Part shown: positions 57,125-64,000 of the stretch, in pieces
Numbering within the stretch: position 1 is the first letter of the stretch
Layout of the letters: every line of letters begins with the position of its first letter
Origin: a virus
Lineage: Duplodnaviria; Caudoviricetes
DNA: 64,000 nt
Virus record (IMG/VR): IMGVR_UViG_3300021256_000089
Span: 17,559 to 81,558 of that record
Direction: 5' to 3' (one strand)
Translations under genes and position numbers: made by a program
The notes under the pieces: generated by a model
The model's input: only the letters and a program-made list of their open reading frames with translations
Database searches by the model: none
Told to the model about the DNA's origin: nothing

Positions 57125-58750
57125 TCAACTGATATCTTCCTCTTCGCCACCGCTCCCGTCAGGGTTCGATGGTTTAGGCTGAGCCCCGCGTCTCGCCGCA
57201 TCAGGATCGGATGTCCTTTCCTCTACGGTCAACGCAGGCCGCCCGCCTTCGTTATCTTCACCGGAACTAGTATCTTTATCAGACACTTGCCCAGATAAAG
57301 TCCTCGCGCTTAGCGCGTCGTCGTAGCCTTCGGCTGCTTCTGTTTCGCGCTGTGCTTTCTCACGGTCGATCGAATAGCCTTCAAGATCAAGCATTGTCTT
57401 CGTAGATAGTACGCCGTTCTGCCACAGCTTTTCAGCCGTCTCGCGCAGTGCCTTGCGTCCTGTCATATCAAGTGGCATAAACGCAAATGTCGGCACACTG
57501 CTCACGTTGTACACGTGGCTTTCTTCAAGCTTCTCCTTGATGCAGACGTTGATCTTGTTCATCAGCTCGCAGATCTCGTCTCTGGCAGCCTCAATGCGTA
57601 CAGCGGCTGTCTGCATACTGACCTGTGCCGTAGCAAACGTAGAGCCGTCAACACTGATGCCACTCACAAGGATGCCGCTTACGCCTCCTGCAGACAGGAT
57701 CTCGTTATTGACATCCTTGTATTTGTCGAACTGAAAGAGGTCTTCCATCTTCGGCTGCACAACATTGTTTTCTACGAGATGATTCGTTACCGCAAGCGGG
57801 AAGCCGCTCATGGCCTTCGAGATAACACCTCTCAGTTCGCTTAGCTGCTGGTTGTCAGGATACATGTCCTGACCTTCCTTAGGATCGCCATACTTTGTAT
57901 GCACGAAGCTGTGAATACCGAGATCAAGCAGCGAGGCTTCCCATGTGCCAATCAACTCTTTCCTCGCGAGTGACGGCAGGCAGGCCGCAATAAACGGAAT
58001 CGCCCACCTGGTCCAGCCTTCCTTTGAACCCTGCAGTACCTTTGTATACTTCGGGTTAAGCTGTGCCCACTGGTGGCCGAGATTGATAGCCTCCTGCACT
58101 TCAGGCGGATAACCCTTGAAATATGTTTCAAGGTTGTTATCCTTGACCCAGTTTTCCCTGATGTCATAGTTCTTCTGCCGCCATTCGTTAAAAATGCTCT
58201 GGCAGTCGAAGTCGACAAGCGGTTCGCCGCAAAAGCTGACATTACCGATCCTGCACTTCAGGATAGGCAGCGTTACCGGTATGCCATCGTGAATGTAGAC
58301 AATGACGTTGTTGTACTTCCAAAGTTCGTATGCGATACTGTCAAGCTTCTCGCGCAACCGGATCTTCTTGTAATACGCTTCGTAAATCTTCTTCGTCTTC
58401 TCGTTTGCGTCACGTAATACATACGGAGAACACAAAGTATACGGCAGGTACACGTGATGCACGATGCCGTGCACGATCGGGTCAGCGTCTACGTAATAGT
58501 CCGCAAGCTTGAACAGTTCATAGATGTTCGCCTGCTTGTTGCGCAGGATCGCGTCATAATCGTAGCCCTTGAGCTCGCCGCCGAAGGTAATATTCTGGTT
58601 GTTATACGCCTGATAATAAGGGGACGTGTCGTATTCGTCCGTTGTACCTGTAGGCGCGTTGCGGGGCTTCTTCGGCTCCGTCGCCGCAGTCTCTATGCGC
58701 TGCGGAGTACCGCGCCTGAATATGTCCATGAAGTTGCTGATAAAGCCCAC
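57125..58750 (-). CDS. Portal protein
   Basis: 541 aa directly after TerL; DPIVHGIV, EILSAGGVS, LWQNG.LS..T patterns. Confidence 0.8.
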   Translation of the reverse strand: MGFISNFMDIFRRGTPQRIETAATEPKKPRNAPTGTTDEYDTSPYYQAYNNQNITFGGELKGYDYDAILRNKQANIYELFKLADYYVDADPIVHGIVHHVYLPYTLCSPYVLRDANEKTKKIYEAYYKKIRLREKLDSIAYELWKYNNVIVYIHDGIPVTLPILKCRIGNVSFCGEPLVDFDCQSIFNEWRQKNYDIRENWVKDNNLETYFKGYPPEVQEAINLGHQWAQLNPKYTKVLQGSKEGWTRWAIPFIAACLPSLARKELIGTWEASLLDLGIHSFVHTKYGDPKEGQDMYPDNQQLSELRGVISKAMSGFPLAVTNHLVENNVVQPKMEDLFQFDKYKDVNNEILSAGGVSGILVSGISVDGSTFATAQVSMQTAAVRIEAARDEICELMNKINVCIKEKLEESHVYNVSSVPTFAFMPLDMTGRKALRETAEKLWQNGVLSTKTMLDLEGYSIDREKAQRETEAAEGYDDALSARTLSGQVSDKDTSSGEDNEGGRPALTVEERTSDPDAARRGAQPKPSNPDGSGGEEEDIS

Positions 58751-58768
58751 CGGGCACCGCCCCCTTTC

Positions 58769-60421
58769 TTAGAATCGCGATGCAAGCCCGATGCAGGGCC
58801 GGCCGCGTTTATGTCTTTTGATCGAGTCTTTCTCGATCTCGCAGATGTAGTCGTTCCCCATCGCAAGCGATGAGTAACGGTCCTTATGCAGGTTGTTTCT
58901 CGGAACGTCGTACAGCATATTGCCACTCGAGCTTAACTTGCCGACAATGTTTCCCATCTCGAACTGCAGCGCGTCGGCCTCGTAGTATATCGCCCGCTCT
59001 TCATCGCTCATTGCCTTGCTCGGATCTTCGAGCTCGGCCTCTTTTGCCTGCACGATGCGCTGCGGTATCGGCAGCTCGATCGTACGCTTCTCAAGCGCTA
59101 CGCGCAGGTTCGTATAAATTCTCTGGTTCAGCGACTGTACAGCGCGGAAAGGATGCAAGATTTTTAAAGCCGCGCCGTTCGTTGCAGGCTTGTCGTCCAC
59201 TACCAGTGGCGGATATTCCTTGCCTGTCGTCACGTCGATCCATTCGCTGTCGAAGAATCGGTCGAGACTGTCGCCTAAGCCTCTCGCGTCGTACACAACT
59301 TTCTCGATATTCGGAAACTTAATATGGCACAACACCCTGATCTCGTCCCGCAGTTTGTCAAGCGCCGCACCGTGAAAGCTTCGCATATACACGAGCTTCT
59401 TGGCATAGCTGCCATCGCTGCGTTCAATAAATTTAATCACAGAGATTACCGAGTTATCCGCATCCTTTGCCTCGCTCGTCGCGATGTCAAGGCTTGCAAT
59501 ATACCTTGACTTTGAACCTTTCGGCTGCTGCAGCTCTATCTTCTGCAACGTCCGGCACATCTGAGTCAGCTCATAAGGGAAAGCTGAGTTCGATGCTGCG
59601 CCAAGGAACTTTGAGCCGTACTCCATATCGAACACGCTCTCAGGCACGTTCGCTTTCTTCTTTTCAAAATACGATCGCGGATTAACACCGTTTGCAACGG
59701 CCGCCTGCCAGTCAAGTGCGCAACAGAAGGCCGTCCGGTTGCCTGTCGCAATCGAGCGCACTGTCTTCATAAAGTCGTCGTAGTACGGATTCGATTTCTC
59801 GCATGCACTTGTTAGTGAGATGCGTTTCGATTCGTAATCCTGGAAGCCGTAATTGTAAGACACGTCACGCCGATACAGCGCAATAGGATCGACAATCGCA
59901 TCAACCTCTTCCGGATCTACGTCGCGCGCTTCATCTACGATAATGATCTTTGCACGCTGTCCACGCATAGAGTTGATTGCAAAGCTCTCAATCGTTGAAC
60001 CATTTTTCAGCGTGCACTTTCCACGGTCTTTACTAAGCTGCACAAGGCTCCTCGCGTTGCCTGCCGCAATCTCGTTCGCAATGTTCGGGTTCATGTCGGC
60101 AAGCTGCTTCAGCTTATTCAACACAAGCGTAGCCTGTCCAGCTGTAGCCGAGCATACGGCAACCGGTGATCCCGGATAAAGCACAGCGCACGCAAAAGCA
60201 ATAAGAGCCGTCAACCAGGTTTTGCCTGATCCACGGCTCTCAACTATCTTGATCTCGTCTCCCCTGCTCGCGGCCCGCGCAATCACATGCTGATCTCGCG
60301 TGAGCTTGATTGGAGGAAACATGTCTTCAATTGCAATGTCTAAATGGTCACGCCAGAAGATGATCTGCTCTTCTGCCGCGTCAAAGTTTGTTACGATCCC
60401 AGGCCGGATAACGCCCGCCAT
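58769..60421 (-). CDS. terL: Terminase large subunit
   Basis: Walker A SRGSGKT, Walker B IIVDE, nuclease LDIA...D, YDARGLG, KDRYS. Confidence 0.92.
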   Translation of the reverse strand: MAGVIRPGIVTNFDAAEEQIIFWRDHLDIAIEDMFPPIKLTRDQHVIARAASRGDEIKIVESRGSGKTWLTALIAFACAVLYPGSPVAVCSATAGQATLVLNKLKQLADMNPNIANEIAAGNARSLVQLSKDRGKCTLKNGSTIESFAINSMRGQRAKIIIVDEARDVDPEEVDAIVDPIALYRRDVSYNYGFQDYESKRISLTSACEKSNPYYDDFMKTVRSIATGNRTAFCCALDWQAAVANGVNPRSYFEKKKANVPESVFDMEYGSKFLGAASNSAFPYELTQMCRTLQKIELQQPKGSKSRYIASLDIATSEAKDADNSVISVIKFIERSDGSYAKKLVYMRSFHGAALDKLRDEIRVLCHIKFPNIEKVVYDARGLGDSLDRFFDSEWIDVTTGKEYPPLVVDDKPATNGAALKILHPFRAVQSLNQRIYTNLRVALEKRTIELPIPQRIVQAKEAELEDPSKAMSDEERAIYYEADALQFEMGNIVGKLSSSGNMLYDVPRNNLHKDRYSSLAMGNDYICEIEKDSIKRHKRGRPCIGLASRF

Positions 60422-60636
60422 CAGGCATCACCGAGCCTCTCGATATCTTTCTGAAGAAAGGCTTTCGCGCCTGTCTTTCCTGGCCAGCACTCAGCTGCAA
60501 AAGGGCATGTGCCTCTCTCGCAGCCATTCTTTGCAATCGTCTTTTTGATTGCTGCACACAGCGACTCTTCAAGGCCGATGTCGTCGTCACGGTCTACCTC
60601 GTACAGCCATGTACGGATAAAGTCTCCTGTCTTCAA
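60421..60636 (-). CDS. Hypothetical protein
   Basis: Stop overlaps the TerL start. Confidence 0.55.
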   Translation of the reverse strand: MKTGDFIRTWLYEVDRDDDIGLEESLCAAIKKTIAKNGCERGTCPFAAECWPGKTGAKAFLQKDIERLGDA

Positions 60637-60647
60637 AGCCGCTCACC

Positions 60648-61556
60648 TCACACACTGTCAAGGCCAAGCGCCTCGAATGTATATCTGAATTCAGACAGCG
60701 TCCTGTCGACGTCGTCTTTTTCCCACTCGATCTTCCGAGTACACGGATGACCGTTTGTCTCAAGGTACAGCGTTAGTTCGCTCCAGCTGCCCATACCTAC
60801 TGTGTCTATCGGCTTGCGCTTACAGGCCGCAAAGTTGCCTGTCTTGCTCAACAGGTCAAACTGCGCCGTCGCTTCCTTGACGACCGAGAAGTCGCAGCGC
60901 CCGGCAGCGTAGTCGTCCATCGCTTTGTCTACGTTCAGCGACGCCTTCGCAAGCTTGCGCGCAATGTCCCTCAGGTTCGTATCGTTGAGCTCAAACTCGC
61001 TCTCAAGACCTGTGTAATAGTCTTCAAGATACTCAAGCTCGTGACGCTTGAACTTGCCGTTAAACATTTTGCTGTATGTCTTGACATCGTCGTCATCCTC
61101 TTCAACAATGCGCCCCTGCTCCTTCGCTTCGCGATAACTGAGCGTCTTGCCGTCCTTTGCGGGATCAAAGTATTTGTACATTGTCTGCATCGAAGCCGGG
61201 ATACTCTGCGCAGTAAGCCGCTCAAGTATTCCTCTCTTGCGGTCCTCTGTCGCTTTCTGATACGTGATGTTGTTCGCTGCAAGCTGCTCAGCTTTTTGCT
61301 GCGCTACCTGCCAGATGCGCTCATCCCACAGGCGATGGTTCTCCCAGAAGTATTCCTTGATGTCGTCCTTCGTCGCACAGCGGTTGACACAGTCCTTGCA
61401 CCATACGTCCTTGCCGAGCTGCTCATCCCAGTCACGGTTCGCGTAGTAGTCTGTCAGGTCTTTAACCCGGCCACACTTTAGACAGAGCTTCTTTTTCTTC
61501 GCAGGCTTCTTGGCCTGGCTCTCCGTTACATTAGGCAAGAGCCTCACCTTCTTCAA
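60648..61556 (-). CDS. Zinc-finger protein upstream of TerL (candidate terminase small subunit)
   Basis: CLKC...CKDC pairs followed by a helical region; position. Confidence 0.55.
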   Translation of the reverse strand: MKKVRLLPNVTESQAKKPAKKKKLCLKCGRVKDLTDYYANRDWDEQLGKDVWCKDCVNRCATKDDIKEYFWENHRLWDERIWQVAQQKAEQLAANNITYQKATEDRKRGILERLTAQSIPASMQTMYKYFDPAKDGKTLSYREAKEQGRIVEEDDDDVKTYSKMFNGKFKRHELEYLEDYYTGLESEFELNDTNLRDIARKLAKASLNVDKAMDDYAAGRCDFSVVKEATAQFDLLSKTGNFAACKRKPIDTVGMGSWSELTLYLETNGHPCTRKIEWEKDDVDRTLSEFRYTFEALGLDSV

Positions 61557-61896
61557 AGGATGGCAGCGGCTTTACATCAATCGCCTTCCTGTCCTTCTTG
61601 TCGAGCTCGGCAAAGTATGCCTTCTCACGCTCTACCTGCTCATAAAATTCCGCCAGGGCTTTAAACAGCTCTGGCGTTTTTTTGTATTTGTAAGTCTTTA
61701 CTTCGTACCTCGGGTTCTCCCGGATAAAGCTGAACTCAATCCCTTTGTCGTGCAGGTACAGCACCTCGCGCCGCCATTGCGTGGCGTACTCAAGGTCAAA
61801 CGCACTCTTCGGAATCTCGCTTTGGATGCTGCCCGGGCCGAAGCGAGGCTTCATACTCTGACCATCGCGGTTCTCTCGGTTAATCTTCTCACTCAT
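61531..61896 (-). CDS. Hypothetical protein, first gene of late operon
   Basis: AAGGGG RBS; overlaps next gene. Confidence 0.6.
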   Translation of the reverse strand: MSEKINRENRDGQSMKPRFGPGSIQSEIPKSAFDLEYATQWRREVLYLHDKGIEFSFIRENPRYEVKTYKYKKTPELFKALAEFYEQVEREKAYFAELDKKDRKAIDVKPLPSFEEGEALA

Positions 61897-62159
61897 TTAA
61901 ACAGTCCCCTTCATTATGTTTTTGGAATGATTATATTCCATTACGTGTTTTTTCGAAAATGGATAAGAAGTTGGAGAGGAACTGTTCTATGGGTTTCCTG
62001 CGCTCGATGGGTTTTCAAGCGTAAACCCCACCCCGTTCCATTTATGAAGACCGCACTGGCCATGCGGTGTCAACCTCTTTGAACATGTTCACATCAGGAA
62101 ACTGGACCCTGATGTGAGCATTTAGGGGACATGAGCCCCGTTGCTCGAGGAGGCAACCT

Positions 62160-62333
62160 ATGGATAATTACAATCTCGAAATGTCAATTTGGAACATCAT
62201 GTGGGCGCAAGAGTGGAAGAAACTCGGCTGCGATTATCTCGCAGCTGACGATGTCATCCGCGCCTATCGTCACATCGAAAAGATCCGCAACGATAAATTG
62301 CGGATTGCGATGATGAAATTTCTATTAGGTTGA
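62160..62333 (+). CDS. Hypothetical protein (57 aa)
   Basis: GAGGAGG RBS; MDNYNLEMSIWNIMWAQEWKKLG...; not in ORF track. Confidence 0.6.
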   Translation: MDNYNLEMSIWNIMWAQEWKKLGCDYLAADDVIRAYRHIEKIRNDKLRIAMMKFLLG

Positions 62334-62339
62334 ATGCAG

Positions 62340-62407
62340 ACCAGCTCCTCTCTCCCGCCCAGTGAGAGAGGTGTTAATGCGCCTATCGTCGTGAGACGAG
62401 AGCTGGT
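62340..62407 (+). ncRNA. Candidate four-way-junction structured element
   Basis: ACCAGCTC/GAGCTGGT closing stem enclosing CTCTCTC/GAGAGAG, GTGT/GCGC and TCGTC-GTGA-GACGA hairpins. Confidence 0.4.
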
Positions 62408-62517
62408 TGGAAGTCCAGATGAAGCAATCCTGACGGCTGCAAAGCAGCTTGCGGTTTCATTCGCCGCAAAACAAAAGCCCATGGGACACGAGCCCATGCT
62501 CAGAAGGAGGTATCCCC

Positions 62518-62787
62518 ATGCTTAACACCATGTTCCATCTGATCGCCAAGGTAATCTGCGCTTCCGCCAAAGCAAAACACGAATTCATTGATGGAGACAT
62601 TTATGTCTCCGTCGATGGAGTATGCTTTGACAACGGTCGAATTTCACATTTCACGGACGGCTTCACTGGCCGTGAAGAAATCGATTTGACCATCGATGGG
62701 CACAACTACAAATGGGTTTCCGGACAGGAGCCCACCGAAGAAGCTGCCCAGTGGATCACCTGGGCGGCCGATTGGCTGCTCGACTAA
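62518..62787 (+). CDS. Hypothetical protein
   Basis: AGAAGGAGGT RBS before ATG 62518. Confidence 0.7.
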   Translation: MLNTMFHLIAKVICASAKAKHEFIDGDIYVSVDGVCFDNGRISHFTDGFTGREEIDLTIDGHNYKWVSGQEPTEEAAQWITWAADWLLD

Positions 62788-62793
62788 CACCTT

Positions 62794-62825
62794 CCCCTCC
62801 TCTTGCCCGGTGAGGAGGGGCTCTT
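62794..62825 (+). terminator. Hairpin, possible terminator
   Basis: CCCCTCCTC/GAGGAGGGG 9-bp stem after stop codon; weak U tract (CTCTT). Confidence 0.45.
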
Positions 62826-62872
62826 GACACTATCCCCTATGCAAAAGTAGAGGATAGTATCAGGAGAGTCCT

Positions 62873-62925
62873 GACGGCGAGCCAGCAAGCCGTTGAGCTG
62901 GCAAGCGAGGTGCAGACAATGCACC
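62873..62925 (+). ncRNA. Repeated pseudoknot-plus-hairpin motif, copy A
   Basis: GACGGC/GCCGTT, GCCAGC/GCTGGC, AAGCGA, GGTGCA/TGCACC; second copy at 63930. Confidence 0.55.
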
Positions 62926-63045
62926 AAGTAGGGTGCGCTTACGAAAGGCATCAACCGACATTGTGTTGGGCACGTCTTACAAGATGTGTAACTTGCGACG
63001 CGGCACAAGCCGCACCCCCTCGAAAGAGGGAGAAGGAGGTTCCTA

Positions 63046-63396
63046 ATGAAATACGGCATGAACATCGTACGCCCTTTGAAAGATTATCATCCATATGAAA
63101 AGTTTGAAGTAACCATCCTTCGTGATGGTCGCATTGATTGGCCCGTTATTTATGGCCATCGCCATTTCAATAATATAAGTGTATGGAGCAATGCTCCACG
63201 GGCAATTAGCGAACAGGCGCTAGAGGCAGTAAAATGTCACTACATCGGCAACATGAATATTGTCGCAGAATTCAAGCCATGGGGAGGGGATGACGAAGGA
63301 AGCGATTATCGCTTCTTTGCTCATCGAGTTCTCGGTGTTCTCAAAGACCCAGATGAGCCTGCCGAAGCTCCGGAAGAGCTTGCGATAGAAGCTTAA
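63046..63396 (+). CDS. Hypothetical protein
   Basis: AGAAGGAGGT RBS. Confidence 0.7.
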   Translation: MKYGMNIVRPLKDYHPYEKFEVTILRDGRIDWPVIYGHRHFNNISVWSNAPRAISEQALEAVKCHYIGNMNIVAEFKPWGGDDEGSDYRFFAHRVLGVLKDPDEPAEAPEELAIEA

Positions 63397-63441
63397 AACG
63401 GCTGACATCCCCTCGCGTACGGGATGTAAATCAGTACGCGA

Positions 63442-63487
63442 GTCCCCAACAGCTGATCGATCTGGTCGGTTGTTGGGGACTTTTCTT
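63442..63487 (+). terminator. Intrinsic terminator
   Basis: GTCCCCAACA/TGTTGGGGAC 10-bp stem plus inner G-U-rich stem, followed by TTTTCTT. Confidence 0.75.
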
Positions 63488-63532
63488 GTCCCGAATAAGC
63501 GTCCGGATAAAATCCGGAGAAGGAGGTATCCC

Positions 63533-63775
63533 ATGTATCAGTTTACAAGCTACGCATCTCCTCGTACTGAGCAGAAAGCTCGGTACATCGTGGCCATCTA
63601 CGTAGGCCACGAGACATATCCAGCAGTTAAGGAAAACCACAACACCCGCCGTGAGGCGGAAATGGCAATAAATTTCTATCGCCATCTCTTCTCTTCGATG
63701 AGACGGGCGCGTCTCATCGACACCTGGGGAGAAGAGCCCTCCATGACCATCTCCGGAAAGGAGGTGCGGTCATGA
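63533..63775 (+). CDS. Hypothetical protein
   Basis: AGAAGGAGGT RBS before ATG 63533 (track start 63470 runs through the terminator). Confidence 0.65.
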   Translation: MYQFTSYASPRTEQKARYIVAIYVGHETYPAVKENHNTRREAEMAINFYRHLFSSMRRARLIDTWGEEPSMTISGKEVRS

Positions 63776-63867
63776 GCCGCAAGGACATCCTCGCAGCCAT
63801 AGGATCAGTAATTGGCCTAATAGTAATTAATGGATTCATTGGTTTAGTGGAGATGTACATCCGCTAA
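63772..63867 (+). CDS. Small membrane peptide (31 aa)
   Basis: AAGGAGGT RBS; ATGA overlap; MSRKDILAAIGSVIGLIVINGFIGLVEMYIR. Confidence 0.55.
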   Translation: MSRKDILAAIGSVIGLIVINGFIGLVEMYIR

Positions 63868-63872
63868 ACCAC

Positions 63873-63894
63873 AGCCCGCTTCGGCGGGCTTTAT
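63873..63894 (+). terminator. Intrinsic terminator
   Basis: AGCCCGC-TTCG-GCGGGCT-TTAT. Confidence 0.7.
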
Positions 63895-63929
63895 GCCTGT
63901 AACTGCTAGCCATGCAGAATCAGGCACAC

Positions 63930-63983
63930 AACGGCGAGCCAGATAAGCCGTTAATCTGGCAAGCGAGGCACAGTCAATGTGCT
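63930..63983 (+). ncRNA. Repeated pseudoknot-plus-hairpin motif, copy B
   Basis: AACGGC/GCCGTT, GCCAGAT/ATCTGGC, AAGCGA, GGCACA/TGTGCT. Confidence 0.55.
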
Positions 63984-64000
63984 GAGAAGCATGCTCTCCA

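Larger units (their letters stand above)
1..64000. mobile_element. Temperate tailed phage genome segment (siphovirus, SPbeta-like morphogenesis module), attP configuration
   Basis: Contiguous terminase-portal-scaffold-capsid-tail-TMP-Dit-tail tip-fibre-lysis-integrase order; no host housekeeping genes; att core flanked by phage-type genes on both sides. Confidence 0.95.

Noticed and set aside
54178-60421. Introns or inteins in terminase, portal or capsid genes
   Set aside because: The ORFs are uninterrupted and of ordinary length, with no HINT or homing-endonuclease motifs
62824-62852. Sigma-A promoter at TTGACA 62824
   Set aside because: No acceptable -10 box at 16-18 bp spacing (GTAGAG/TAGAGG); the region instead forms an 11-bp hairpin
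62873-63983. Pistol ribozyme or other known ribozyme for the repeated motif
   Set aside because: AAGCG followed by a hairpin is reminiscent of pistol, but there is no P2 helix and copy B lacks the G-U cleavage dinucleotide; no hammerhead CUGANGA/GAAA or HDV-like core seen
1-64000. Complete diversity-generating retroelement
   Set aside because: No reverse transcriptase ORF (no YxDD in an RT context) and no adenine-variant template repeat found in the window
1-64000. CRISPR array
   Set aside because: Repeats are coding-module duplications or isolated pairs; no regularly spaced 25-45 bp repeats with unique spacers
1-64000. Stop-codon reassignment
   Set aside because: TerL, portal, MCP and the 13.7-kb TMP are full length in the standard code, and TAA, TGA and TAG all end genes

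Overview
The window is most of the genome of a large temperate siphophage of a Firmicutes/Clostridia-type host, with an SPbeta-like head and tail gene order. It reads as the excised (attP) form: the tyrosine integrase (2336-3505) and a 3' half of tRNA-Thr(GGT) (3607-3652) have phage genes on both sides. From 3969 to 61896 all genes are on the minus strand: terminase, portal, scaffold/protease, capsid, neck, tail tube, frameshifted tail chaperone, a 4565-aa tape measure protein, Dit, tail tip, about 23 kb of fibre/adhesin genes, and lysis genes. Small plus-strand genes lie at both ends. The main finding is that the giant tape measure protein carries an ordered set of two-barrel RNA polymerase motifs in its AT-rich N-terminal half (DG, QxR..K, MK, RNP, GDFDGD; YonO/cellular-RdRP-like), followed by a RecB-like PD-(D/E)xK nuclease domain. 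This suggests a virion-packaged, injected polymerase-nuclease-ruler fusion. Secondary findings are a repeated pseudoknot-type motif with compensatory changes in the putative early region, other dense structured elements there, and a modular, duplicated tail-fibre cassette array. All calls come from motif reading and hand alignment; no database searches were run.
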